A stretch of 64,000 bases of DNA from positions 2,684 through 66,683 of the forward strand of contig CAYIOP010000002.1 in assembly GCA_964365185.1 (NCBI GenBank). The letters run 5' to 3'. Shown piece after piece: positions 43,742 to 52,971 of this stretch. The stretch's first letter is position 1, and the number at the start of each line of letters is the position of its first letter. The position numbers and the translations under genes are program-made. This DNA is from an uncultured Candidatus Saccharibacteria bacterium. GTDB lineage: Bacteria > Patescibacteriota > Minisyncoccia > UBA6257 > 2-01-FULL-56-20. The notes below the pieces were generated by a model. It did not search any database, was not told the origin of the DNA, and saw only the letters and a program-made list of their open reading frames with translations.

Positions 43742-43879
43742 ATAGCGCTGTTCGGAAATCATATTATACTTAATTTTTTTCTACCGGTTCTCGGAGAGAT
43801 TTTCTGATTTAGACCCTTTGGCTAGGAGGAAAATTTCTTCAAGAACCTACGGTTATTGGGACTTTTCGAACAGCACTAT
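43742..43879. repeat. Structured element family C, copy 2 (complete, with outer TIR)
   Basis: Outer IR ATAGCGCTGTTCGGAAA / TTTTCGAACAGCACTAT (15/17); inner stem GGTTCTCGGAGAGATTTTC / GAAAATTTCTTCAAGAACC. Confidence 0.75.
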
Positions 43880-43885
43880 CCAGAA

Positions 43886-43913
43886 TTGACAAATAATTTT
43901 AATTATTTATAAT
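43886..43913 (+). promoter_or_regulatory. Consensus promoter of the cassette at 43961-44749
   Basis: TTGACA, 16-nt spacer, TATAAT; SD GAGGTG before the TTG start. Confidence 0.8.
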
Positions 43914-43960
43914 AGATTTAGTTGTAAATTTTGTAATTTTAAACATAGAGAGGTGTAGCG

Positions 43961-44749
43961 TTGGAAAAAGAGAAATGCGTTATTGCGACTCAAACTCTCT
44001 ACCGGTCACCCGGTGAAGCTCGAGCCGAACTAGCGATTCAAATGTTTAGGGCTGCCAGCGAACACGGTTTTCATGTGGTTTGCTCTGATGGTGGATCTTA
44101 TGAAGATTTTCGAGACGACACCCGAGATTTAGGAGTTGAATTGTTGGATGAATCAGAATCAGGAATGGGTCCAGGACGACGCCAGGCCATTAAGCGCGCT
44201 ATGGAAGTTGTTGGTCCGGGCGGCGCAGTTTGTTTCATTGAACCAGAAAAAGGGCCTTTAGTGAAACATTTGAATTCTTGCTTTGAACTAATTTCAAAAG
44301 GAGCTGATATCGTTGTGCCTCGTCGATCGCGCCAAAGCTGGAAAACATACCCACGTTTACAACGGCTTAGCGAACCCTTCGGTAATTATTCGTTGGAAAT
44401 GGCAGTTGGTCGGAAAGATCTCGACATTTTCTTTGGGGCGCGGGTGTTTAATGTTCAGGCCGGGGGACTTTTCCTAGAGCGGCGGCCGGATATTCCTGGA
44501 GAAAATTCCTGGGGTACGACTCTCTATCCTGTCATCGATGCTATCCACCGCGGTTTGAAAGTAGTCAGCGTAATCGTAGATTACCTTCACCCCCCCGAGC
44601 AAGCCGCGACCGAAAACAATCTATCTTTCTATACAAGACGACTGGCTCAAATCACTGAGCTTGCAACTGGCACTTTTATTTATGCGATGAAACTTGGTCT
44701 CATTCAAAAAGAATCGGTTTTGATTGATCATTGCCAAAAATCAGTTTGA
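43961..44749 (+). CDS. Divergent GT-A fold glycosyltransferase-like protein
   Basis: VVCSDGGS, GMGPGRRQA, EPEK at the DxD position, ADIVVPRR. Confidence 0.55.
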   Translation: MEKEKCVIATQTLYRSPGEARAELAIQMFRAASEHGFHVVCSDGGSYEDFRDDTRDLGVELLDESESGMGPGRRQAIKRAMEVVGPGGAVCFIEPEKGPLVKHLNSCFELISKGADIVVPRRSRQSWKTYPRLQRLSEPFGNYSLEMAVGRKDLDIFFGARVFNVQAGGLFLERRPDIPGENSWGTTLYPVIDAIHRGLKVVSVIVDYLHPPEQAATENNLSFYTRRLAQITELATGTFIYAMKLGLIQKESVLIDHCQKSV

Positions 44750-44771
44750 TTCTTCAATCAATGCCCAAACT

Positions 44772-44805
44772 AATGGACGGACGCCTAAGGAGTTCGTCCA
44801 TTTTT
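44772..44805 (+). terminator. Intrinsic terminator
   Basis: AATGGACGGAC-loop-GTTCGTCCATT followed by TTT. Confidence 0.75.
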
Positions 44806-44855
44806 ATTCTTGCTTAGGTTAGATGATGATGGTAATCTGAAAACACCTAAAAATT

Positions 44856-45791
44856 ATGGATCTAAAGAAAAAAAAGATTTTAATTACTGGCGCTCACGGT
44901 TTTTTAGGCGGCTTTGTAATTCAAAAACTGCTTGAATTAGGAGTGCCTGACACTAATCTTTATACCCCGACTTTTAAAAAATATGATTTGCGCGAGTGGG
45001 GAAATTGTGAGAGGGTTGTAAAAAATCAGGATCTTGTTATTCATCTCGCGGCTAAAGTCGGCGGGATTGGGTTTAATAAAGAGAACGGCGCCGAACTTTT
45101 TTACGACAACATCATGATGGGCGTTCAGATGATTGAGGCGGCGCGGCTCTCTGGCGCAGAAAAATTTGTGGCTCTTGGTACAGTTTGCGCCTATCCTAAA
45201 TTCACCCCCGTGCCATTTAAAGAAGAAAATCTTTGGAATGGTTACCCAGAAGAGACCAATGCGCCTTACGGAATCGCGAAGAAATCACTACTGGTTCAAC
45301 TTCAATCCTATCGCGATCAATACGGCTTTAACGGTATATTTTTGCTGCCGATAAATTTGTACGGGCCCGGCGATACTTTTGATCCATCCCGTTCTCATGT
45401 TGTGCCCGCTCTTATCAAAAAAGTTTGTGATGCCAAGAAAGAGGGCCACGATCACATTGAGCTTTGGGGAACTGGGAAGGCGACCAGAGGATTTCTATAT
45501 GTTGAGGATGCGGCCGAGGGGATTGTGCTTGCGGCTCAAAAATATGATAAACCCGATCCAGTGAATCTCGGATCATCCCTTGAAATATCAATTAAAGATT
45601 TAGCCGAAATGATCTGCCGCTTAGCAGATTTTAAAGGGGAGATTCGTTGGGATCATTCAAAACCCGATGGCCAGCCAAGGCGATGCCTTGACGTGTCCCG
45701 CGCCGAGAAAGAATTTGGCTTCAAGGCCAATACATCTTTTGAGGATGGTTTGAAGAGGACTATTGATTGGTATGAAAAACATAATGTCTGA
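44856..45791 (+). CDS. fcl: GDP-L-fucose synthase / ColC-like epimerase-reductase
   Basis: [47 protein letters not shown]. Confidence 0.93.
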   Translation: MDLKKKKILITGAHGFLGGFVIQKLLELGVPDTNLYTPTFKKYDLREWGNCERVVKNQDLVIHLAAKVGGIGFNKENGAELFYDNIMMGVQMIEAARLSGAEKFVALGTVCAYPKFTPVPFKEENLWNGYPEETNAPYGIAKKSLLVQLQSYRDQYGFNGIFLLPINLYGPGDTFDPSRSHVVPALIKKVCDAKKEGHDHIELWGTGKATRGFLYVEDAAEGIVLAAQKYDKPDPVNLGSSLEISIKDLAEMICRLADFKGEIRWDHSKPDGQPRRCLDVSRAEKEFGFKANTSFEDGLKRTIDWYEKHNV

Positions 45792-45841
45792 AGAGTTTGT
45801 AAATATCATAACCACCAGATAAACTCTTAACTTATAATGTA

Positions 45842-46807
45842 ATGCATAAAAATTCTAAACTGACCCTTTCTCTATACCGGAAATTGCTGCTTGTTAGACT
45901 GGCGGAGGAAAAAATCAGAGAGGAGTATCCTTATGATGCCATTAAAACTCCAGTTCACTTGGCCAACGGCAGTGAGGCCATTTCAGTTGGTGTTTCGAGC
46001 GTCTTGCCGCCCGACTCCAAAGTTTTTGGAACTTACCGTAATCACGGTCTTTATCTGTCTTTGACTGACGACACCGACAGTTTTTTTGCGGAGCTATACG
46101 GTAAAGCCGTGGGTTGTGCCAAGGGCAAGGCGGGTTCAATGCATCTTTCTTATCCCGAAAAGGATTTTATAGCAACTTCAGCAATAGTTGGAACCACTAT
46201 CCCGCTTGCCGTGGGAGCCGCCTTAGCAAACAACTATCGTAACTCGAATGATATTGCGGTCGCTTTTTTTGGTGACGGTGCCCTCGAGGAGGGCGTTTTC
46301 TGGGAAAGTCTAAACTTCGCCTGTCTTAAAAAACTCAAAACACTTTTTGTTTGCGAAGATAACGGCTTGGCGATTCACGCACAGGCTCGCGAGCGTCGCG
46401 GGTTTAAATCAATACCTGATGCTATTCGCGGTTTTGATTGTCACGTAGCGAGCGGCGATGGAACAGATCTAAGTTCCGTCAGCGAGCTAACTCAAAGCGC
46501 GTTGAAGTTAATAGCCGAGGATCCTAAGCCGGCATTTCTTCATCTTGCATATTTCCGATTTCTGGAGCATGTGGGTGTAGAAGAGGATTTCTCGGCCGGT
46601 TATCGCGCGAGGCCCTCGGAAGAAGAAATAAAACGATTAGATCCGATCATCCGTTACGAAAGATATCTTCTTGATTCAGGCATAGGCCAGACGGAGCTTG
46701 AGAATATTAAGTCAGAACTTATAAAAAAGATTGATAAGAGTGTCGAGGCCGCTAAGGCGGCGCCCCTTCCATCAAAGGACGAACTATTGACTGACGTTTT
46801 TGTATAA
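45842..46807 (+). CDS. TPP-dependent dehydrogenase E1 alpha-like subunit
   Basis: PVHLANGSEA, GKAGSMH, FFGDGALEEG...EDN TPP motif. Confidence 0.9.
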   Translation: MHKNSKLTLSLYRKLLLVRLAEEKIREEYPYDAIKTPVHLANGSEAISVGVSSVLPPDSKVFGTYRNHGLYLSLTDDTDSFFAELYGKAVGCAKGKAGSMHLSYPEKDFIATSAIVGTTIPLAVGAALANNYRNSNDIAVAFFGDGALEEGVFWESLNFACLKKLKTLFVCEDNGLAIHAQARERRGFKSIPDAIRGFDCHVASGDGTDLSSVSELTQSALKLIAEDPKPAFLHLAYFRFLEHVGVEEDFSAGYRARPSEEEIKRLDPIIRYERYLLDSGIGQTELENIKSELIKKIDKSVEAAKAAPLPSKDELLTDVFV

Positions 46808-46808
46808 A

Positions 46809-47843
46809 ATGATTTTAACTTTTAGAAACGCCTTAAATTTTGCTATGAAGAAAGAAATGGAATCAGATCGAGATGTTTTTGTGTTTGGATTGGATGTGCC
46901 CGATCATAAACGAATTTTTGGAAGTACAGCGGGACTGGTAGAACAATTCGGTCCGGAGAGGTGTTTCGGAACGCCTTTATCAGAAGAAGCTATGACAGGT
47001 GTGGCTTTGGGGGCTGCCATATCTGGCCTTAGGCCCATACATGTTCATATCAGAGCGGATTTTATGTTTTTAGCAGCTAATCAGATTGTTAATATGGTGT
47101 CAAATATTCGTTATATGAGTGGCGGGAAATTAAAGGTACCCTTAGTCATAAGAGCTGTTATTGGCAGGGGATGGGGTCAGTCGGCGCAGCATAGCAAATC
47201 GCCACACAGCACTTTCGCTCATTTTCCGGGCCTCAAGGTTATTTTACCAACGAATCCGCAGGACGCTTACAGCCTTTTGAGGGCATCGATACGTGACGAC
47301 AATCCAGTTATTTTTTTGGAACATCGCTGGCTTTATGATATAGAGGGCGAGGTTGATGACAGCTTGAATATTTCTTTAGGGAAGGCGGCGGTAAGACGGA
47401 AGGGAGACAAGGTAACAATTATCGCCATCTCTTGGATGAATGTTGAGGCGATGGAGGCGGCCCAAATTTTAGCGAAGCAGGGTGTAGAAGTTGAAGTCAT
47501 TGATATACGATCAATCTCGCCATTAGACGAAGAAACAATTATCGAGTCCGTCAAAAAAACCGGCCGCTGTGTTGTAGTCGATCACGACTGGCGATTCTTG
47601 GGCGCAAGCGCGGAGATAGCCGCCATTATTCAAGAGAAATGCTTTGGACTTTTGAAAAATCCGGTCGCGCGAATCGGTTTTCCTGAGTCGCCTTGCCCCA
47701 CCACGCGACCCCTCGAGGACGCTTTTTACCCGTCGGCAATAAATATTATTAGGATCGTCGAGAAGATGCTTGAACTTCCCGAATCGGATTTGAATAATGA
47801 GAGATTTTACAATTACGAAAATAAATTTAAAGGACCTTTCTGA
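46809..47843 (+). CDS. TPP-dependent dehydrogenase E1 beta-like subunit (track start 46800; ATG at 46809)
   Basis: TPLSEEAMTG, GWGQSAQHS, NPVIFLEHR, DIRSISPLD. Confidence 0.9.
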   Translation: MILTFRNALNFAMKKEMESDRDVFVFGLDVPDHKRIFGSTAGLVEQFGPERCFGTPLSEEAMTGVALGAAISGLRPIHVHIRADFMFLAANQIVNMVSNIRYMSGGKLKVPLVIRAVIGRGWGQSAQHSKSPHSTFAHFPGLKVILPTNPQDAYSLLRASIRDDNPVIFLEHRWLYDIEGEVDDSLNISLGKAAVRRKGDKVTIIAISWMNVEAMEAAQILAKQGVEVEVIDIRSISPLDEETIIESVKKTGRCVVVDHDWRFLGASAEIAAIIQEKCFGLLKNPVARIGFPESPCPTTRPLEDAFYPSAINIIRIVEKMLELPESDLNNERFYNYENKFKGPF

Positions 47844-47854
47844 TATATATATCA

Positions 47855-48913
47855 ATGCCCAGAAATTCTTTCATTGATGACATTATTCAAGATGATTGCT
47901 TGGATATTTTAGAGAGAATCGATTTGCGACCATTTAGGAATAAAAAAGTACTTTTAACCGGGGCCAATGGTTTGCTAGGTTCTTATCTCACAACTCTTAT
48001 TTTTATAGCCAATCAAAAAAAGAATTTGAACTGTCAGCTAACCTGCGTAAGTCTTCATGGGCCTAATAAAATCGTGAAGAACCTACTTAGAGATAAAAAA
48101 ATAAAATTCTCCAAAATCGATTTGGCAAAAGATTTTGATTTGGGACAGTCAAAATTCAACTTTATATTCCACGCCGCTGGTTATGGTCAACCGGCTAAAT
48201 TTGTAAAGGATCCTTTCTCAACCATAAACATTAATGTTCACGCGACTTCGAAACTTTTGGAAGTTACGAAACGTTCGAGAGGACGGTTTATATTTTTTAG
48301 TTCAGCCGAAATTTATGGTAATATCCCTAAAGAATTGGGGGCGGTTAAAGAGGAGTTCGAGGGGAGTATTTCTATCTCGAATCCCCGGAGCGTCTACGGC
48401 GAGTCGAAGAGGATGGGCGAGGTTTTAACTCTCGCTTTTAGGAGAGAGTATGGAGTTGATGCTAAAATTGTGAGAATTTCTCATGTTTACGGTCCAGGCG
48501 GCTCCACTAACGATAGCAGAGTTTTGTTTGAATTTATAAAAAAAGGATTAACTAAAGACAAGATTGCTTTACTTGATAGGGGCGAGGCGGTGAAAACCTA
48601 TGGTTATATCTCGGACGTTATAAGTATGATTGTGTACGTTGCTCTAAATAGTAAAGATACGGTGTATAACATAGGTGGGCGTGATTCTTTGAGCATTCTT
48701 GAATTGGCAAGGGTGATCGGTAATGTATGTCAAGTGCCGGTTTTAGTTCCTAAAAGGTCAGTGCGTCTAGCGTATATCAGCAAAGACTCAAGATATGTCA
48801 AACTCGATCTAACGAGGATTCTGAAAGAAATGAAAAGATTTAAATTCACGTCATTCGAGAAAGGACTTGCAAGAACAATCGATTGGTTTCGTTTCATAAG
48901 TAAGATGCAGTAA
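47855..48913 (+). CDS. NAD-dependent sugar epimerase/dehydratase/reductase (extended SDR)
   Basis: TGANGLLG, SSAEIYG, YGESK. Confidence 0.85.
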   Translation: MPRNSFIDDIIQDDCLDILERIDLRPFRNKKVLLTGANGLLGSYLTTLIFIANQKKNLNCQLTCVSLHGPNKIVKNLLRDKKIKFSKIDLAKDFDLGQSKFNFIFHAAGYGQPAKFVKDPFSTININVHATSKLLEVTKRSRGRFIFFSSAEIYGNIPKELGAVKEEFEGSISISNPRSVYGESKRMGEVLTLAFRREYGVDAKIVRISHVYGPGGSTNDSRVLFEFIKKGLTKDKIALLDRGEAVKTYGYISDVISMIVYVALNSKDTVYNIGGRDSLSILELARVIGNVCQVPVLVPKRSVRLAYISKDSRYVKLDLTRILKEMKRFKFTSFEKGLARTIDWFRFISKMQ

Positions 48914-48934
48914 ATAAATTAACCAACACCATTA

Positions 48935-50098
48935 ATGTTTTGGAAATTACAAGAAAACGTTTTTGAGAAAAGCGACATAAACTTGTTGGTTGATTTTATT
49001 AAGTCAACTGGTCGCTTCACGCAGTTTAAAAAGGTGAGAGAATTTGAGGAGGCCTGGTCTAATTGGCAGGGGACAAAGTACAGCGTTTTTGTTAATTCCG
49101 GCAGTTCAGCTAATTTAGTCATTGTGAGCGTTTTAAAGCAGATCTATGGCTGGAAAGATGGCGATGAAATAATCGTCCCGGCAGTAACTTGGCCAACTAA
49201 TATTAACCCAGCCATTCAACTTGGATTAAAACCGGTCTTTGTTGATATTAATCTAAGCGACCTCTCATTTGATTACGAGGACTTAGTTTCAAAGATAACT
49301 TCGAAAACCCGAGCTATTTTTGTAACCCATCTCATAGGTTTTCCAGCCGATATTAGAAGGATCGAAAAAATTATTGTTGGCAGGGATATTAAAATATTCG
49401 AGGATTGTTGCGAATCGCATGGGGCAAGAATAGGAGAAACTAAAGTTGGAAATTTAGGTTTGGTGAGTTCCTTTAGTTTTTATTGGGGTCATCACATCAC
49501 TACAGTTGAAGGAGGAGTTATTTGCACGAACGACAAAGATATTTATAAAAATGCCATTCTTAAGAGATCGCATGGCCTCGCCCGTGAGTTGCCGATAGAG
49601 TATCATGCGGATTACGCCGCGGCGCACAAGGATATAGATTTTAATTTCTTATTTCTGACAGACGGTTTTAATTTCCGAAACACAGAATTCAACGCGGTTT
49701 TAGGACTTTCTCAAATTAAAAAACTAGATTCTTACATAAAAATTAGAAACGATAATTATCAAAAATTCTTAGAAATCCTCAAGCCCTACCAAAACCATCT
49801 CCACCTCCCTTATAAAGATGGTTTATCATCTTTCTCGTTGCCGTTTTTATTTAAAGACGCTGATAAGCGTAAAAAATTTCAATCAATTCTCCGCGAGAGC
49901 GAAATAGAATCTCGTCCGGTAATCAGCGGCAACCTCCTGCGCCAGCCGTTTCTTTCTTCTTATGGTGACCCTAAAGATTTTGAGAACGCTGAATTCATTC
50001 ACAATAATGGTTTCTATATCGGCAACAACCAGTTCGTGAATGATGAGCGACTCGGCCGACTCGCTGAGCTTGTAGAAGATTTTTTTAAGACCAGGTAG
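48935..50098 (+). CDS. ColD-like PLP-dependent GDP-4-keto-6-deoxymannose 3-dehydratase (DegT family)
   Basis: VNSGSSAN, EDCCESHG, SFYWGHHITTVEGG with His at the Schiff-base Lys position; 387 aa; no RfbH-type Fe-S Cys motif seen. Confidence 0.75.
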   Translation: MFWKLQENVFEKSDINLLVDFIKSTGRFTQFKKVREFEEAWSNWQGTKYSVFVNSGSSANLVIVSVLKQIYGWKDGDEIIVPAVTWPTNINPAIQLGLKPVFVDINLSDLSFDYEDLVSKITSKTRAIFVTHLIGFPADIRRIEKIIVGRDIKIFEDCCESHGARIGETKVGNLGLVSSFSFYWGHHITTVEGGVICTNDKDIYKNAILKRSHGLARELPIEYHADYAAAHKDIDFNFLFLTDGFNFRNTEFNAVLGLSQIKKLDSYIKIRNDNYQKFLEILKPYQNHLHLPYKDGLSSFSLPFLFKDADKRKKFQSILRESEIESRPVISGNLLRQPFLSSYGDPKDFENAEFIHNNGFYIGNNQFVNDERLGRLAELVEDFFKTR

Positions 50099-50140
50099 TT
50101 TCTTCCGATAAATACACAGAACTTATCCCCACCTCACCGA

Positions 50141-50168
50141 TTGACGTGGGAGTTTAATTATATATAAT
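50141..50168 (+). promoter_or_regulatory. Promoter giving a near-leaderless transcript
   Basis: TTGACG, 16-nt spacer, TATAAT ending 7 nt before ATG 50176. Confidence 0.65.
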
Positions 50169-50175
50169 TAAAAAC

Positions 50176-50979
50176 ATGACAAACAACGAAGCCGATAAAA
50201 ATATCCAAGGGCTTAAGCCAAGCGAAGAGGAGTTTGGCGCGGACCGGACGCAAAGGTGCATCGACCTCATGCGACCCGAGGTTAAGGAGCTTTTAAATCT
50301 CCCGCTTAAAGACAAAATAGAAAAGACGGAGGAGATAATCAAAGAGACCATTAAAAAATACAAAAACCCCGGAATAGGTTTCAGCGGCGGCGGTGACAGC
50401 GAAGCCATGCTTCATATTGCCATGAAAATAAAACACGACTGGCCAATACTTCTCGTTGACACCAGATACGAGTTTCCCGAGACCTTAGATTTCGTGGAGC
50501 AACTAAGAAAGGATTGGAACTTCGAGAGTTTTACCGTGGTTAGGGCCGGCACTGATAGAGCCGATGAATTTAAGGAAAAATATGGAGCTGGAACAACCGA
50601 GTTTACTCTTGAGTTTAATAAATGGCACAAGATAGACCCGTTAATCCGCGGCATAAAACAGTTAGGACTCGATGCGTTTCTTGGTGGCATCAGGGGAGTC
50701 GAGCACGAAGAAAGAGCGAAGGAGCAATTCTTTTCTCCCAGAACCGATCCGCCGCATGTGAGGGTCCATCCGATACTTTTCTGGACTAGGGACGATGTGC
50801 AGACATACCTGAAAGACAACGGGCTCCCTCATAATCCTGTCTATGATAAGGGCTATACCTCTCTGGGTTCAACCCTCGATACTACTCCCAATCAAAATCC
50901 CAACATGCACGAAAGAGCTGGCCGAGGGGTTGAGAGAGAAAGGATAATGAAACAACTCCGAAGCTTGGGTTATAACTAA
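50176..50979 (+). CDS. PAPS-reductase-fold protein, CysD-like (sulfate adenylyltransferase subunit 2-like)
   Basis: PP-loop GFSGGGDS, VDT...FPET, RVHPILFW, YDKGYTSLG, ERAGR...LRSLGY; lacks ECGLH and Fe-S cysteines. Confidence 0.7.
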   Translation: MTNNEADKNIQGLKPSEEEFGADRTQRCIDLMRPEVKELLNLPLKDKIEKTEEIIKETIKKYKNPGIGFSGGGDSEAMLHIAMKIKHDWPILLVDTRYEFPETLDFVEQLRKDWNFESFTVVRAGTDRADEFKEKYGAGTTEFTLEFNKWHKIDPLIRGIKQLGLDAFLGGIRGVEHEERAKEQFFSPRTDPPHVRVHPILFWTRDDVQTYLKDNGLPHNPVYDKGYTSLGSTLDTTPNQNPNMHERAGRGVERERIMKQLRSLGYN

Positions 50980-50999
50980 AACGAAAGTTTTACTAGAAC

Positions 51000-51200
51000 C
51001 TACTTAATATATCCGAGGGCCCTTAAATGTTCGCGTATCTTTTCCCTATCCGGAAGTTGAGAAGGTTCGGTTTTATTGACTAATAACTCGCGGAGAACAT
51101 AGATCACAAACGCCGATGCGGAAACAAACCCGGTGTTTTTGATCAATTTTTTAATTTTTTTATTTAATGGTTCTGGGATAGAAACCGTGGTGTATTTCAT
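51000..51200 (-). CDS. Ribbon-helix-helix (CopG-like) protein with LRALGY tail
   Basis: MKYTTVSIPEPL...GFVSASAFVIYVLRE...LRALGY. Confidence 0.8.
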   Translation of the reverse strand: MKYTTVSIPEPLNKKIKKLIKNTGFVSASAFVIYVLRELLVNKTEPSQLPDREKIREHLRALGYIK

Positions 51201-51493
51201 CTTTGCTTTTTCTCTAAGGCGACCTTGAATCGGCCTTTCTTAAAAACTTTATAGTATTCGTAAAGCGCGAATGAAAGCACGACCAGAGCCAGCGTATATT
51301 TCACCTGAAGGGGTCTTTGGACAATCAGCGTGGCATAGCCAAAGGCGACAATATTGGCGACGAACGAAATTCCAAGCAAAAGAAAACTTAAGCCCTCAAT
51401 CGTGCCGGTCTTCCTCGTTTTTATTATTTGGGGGATATAGCAAGCCGTAAAGAGAGTTGTTGCCGTCCATCCCAGCCATTGCGCGAATTCCAT
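51197..51493 (-). CDS. PQ-loop / SemiSWEET transporter-like protein
   Basis: Three TM helices, YIPQIIKT, GLS motif. Confidence 0.85.
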   Translation of the reverse strand: MEFAQWLGWTATTLFTACYIPQIIKTRKTGTIEGLSFLLLGISFVANIVAFGYATLIVQRPLQVKYTLALVVLSFALYEYYKVFKKGRFKVALEKKQR

Positions 51494-51597
51494 AGATTAA
51501 TTAGAATAATTATATATAATTATATTATCTGTTAGGCAAGTTTCTGTCAAATGGGAATATTTTGACTTTTAGGATTTGAGTTTTAAGATTTATCAAC

Positions 51598-52971
51598 ATG
51601 ACTTCCGAAAAAAAACCCAATATTGTTCTAATTACTTTTGACTGTACCCGGGCCGATCGGATGGGAATTGCGGGTTATAAAAAAAACATCACTCCTTTTT
51701 TGGACTCTTTAGCTAAGAAAGGTGCTTATTTTAAGCGTGCCTACTCAACTGGCCCTGGTTCCCCGCATTCGTTTGTTGCTATCCTTACTTCAACCCTTCC
51801 TTTTGACTACGGTGGCTTTGGATATATAGACAGACCTAGAATGTTGGTTAGTGAGACACTAAAATCAGCCGGCTATACTACAATCGGAGTGCACTCCGCA
51901 GCTTATATGTCTGCTTATTTTGGTTATGACAGAGGGTGGGATCAGCTTGTTTACTTAAGTAATTTTAAAGACGGTGATGTTATTCCCGGCATTCGGCGCG
52001 ATACTTGGCAGGCGCGACTTCTTAAAAAACTTAACGCGGCCCATAAATTTGTAAAACGTAAATCTCCTTGGATAGATAAATGGGTATTTTTTGTGATTGA
52101 AAGAGCCGCTTTTATCTGCCGCAAAATTTTTGTTGATATCTTTAGATTTCGCCCCGCCTTTATCATTGCTGAAGAAATTAATCAGAAAGTTAAAGAAATA
52201 CTTCCGCGTGCCCCGCGTGCCCCGCGCGAACCGCTCTTTCTCTGGGTGCATTATATGGACCCGCACGCTCCCTACACACTTTTTCGGAAGATCAAAGGAA
52301 CTTTTATCCAAAAAATAAGATATTTTTTGTGCGACATCCTACCTTATTTCGTTGGACAAGGAAGTTGGGCCACGCGCCTTTTTAAATCTTTTTTTATCAA
52401 CACCTATGATATTTCTATTCAGTATACCGACCAAAACATCAAAAATCTTTTTGAGTATCTTAATTCGATCGAAGTTATTAATGACGACAGCCTAGTTATT
52501 CTTTGTTCCGACCATGGCGAAGAATTTTTTGAGCACGGCAATGTCGGCCATTTAGCCACTCTCTATAACGTCAATCTTAATGTCCCACTAATTTTTTATG
52601 GTTCCAAACATTTATCTTTCAATGGGATAATTGACCGACCAGTCAGTTTAATGGATATCTCGCCGACGATTTTAGACGTTGCCGGAGTTGAAAAACCAAA
52701 AGTTTTTAAAGGACAAAACATTTTTAATACCGAGCCAAGACCGATTATCGGTCAAGTGCCCGATACCGAAGATGATCTCTCTAATCAGACGTTTCGAGGA
52801 GTCAGTTTAATTTATGATGGCTATAAATTCATTAAAATGATTGATCAAAAAATGCTCTTTTCGCTTGACGATGCCAATGAGCAAAATAACCTCTATGATA
52901 AAAAACCAGAACTTGCAAGAAGAATGGAGGAATTAATAAAGCCCTATGAATTTATACATCCTGCCAATTAG
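51598..52971 (+). CDS. Sulfatase-like hydrolase/transferase (alkaline phosphatase superfamily)
   Basis: PNIVLITFDCTRAD, TPFLD, WVHYMDPHAPY, SDHGEEF, VPLI; no CxPxR motif. Confidence 0.85.
   Translation: MTSEKKPNIVLITFDCTRADRMGIAGYKKNITPFLDSLAKKGAYFKRAYSTGPGSPHSFVAILTSTLPFDYGGFGYIDRPRMLVSETLKSAGYTTIGVHSAAYMSAYFGYDRGWDQLVYLSNFKDGDVIPGIRRDTWQARLLKKLNAAHKFVKRKSPWIDKWVFFVIERAAFICRKIFVDIFRFRPAFIIAEEINQKVKEILPRAPRAPREPLFLWVHYMDPHAPYTLFRKIKGTFIQKIRYFLCDILPYFVGQGSWATRLFKSFFINTYDISIQYTDQNIKNLFEYLNSIEVINDDSLVILCSDHGEEFFEHGNVGHLATLYNVNLNVPLIFYGSKHLSFNGIIDRPVSLMDISPTILDVAGVEKPKVFKGQNIFNTEPRPIIGQVPDTEDDLSNQTFRGVSLIYDGYKFIKMIDQKMLFSLDDANEQNNLYDKKPELARRMEELIKPYEFIHPAN

Noticed and set aside
45842-47843. Pyruvate dehydrogenase complex for central metabolism
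   Set aside because: No E2/E3 in the window and the genes are embedded among nucleotide-sugar enzymes.
52205-52228. CCGCGTGCC tandem repeat in the sulfatase-like gene (PRAPRAPRE)
   Set aside because: A short in-frame 9-bp duplication with no sign of phase variation.
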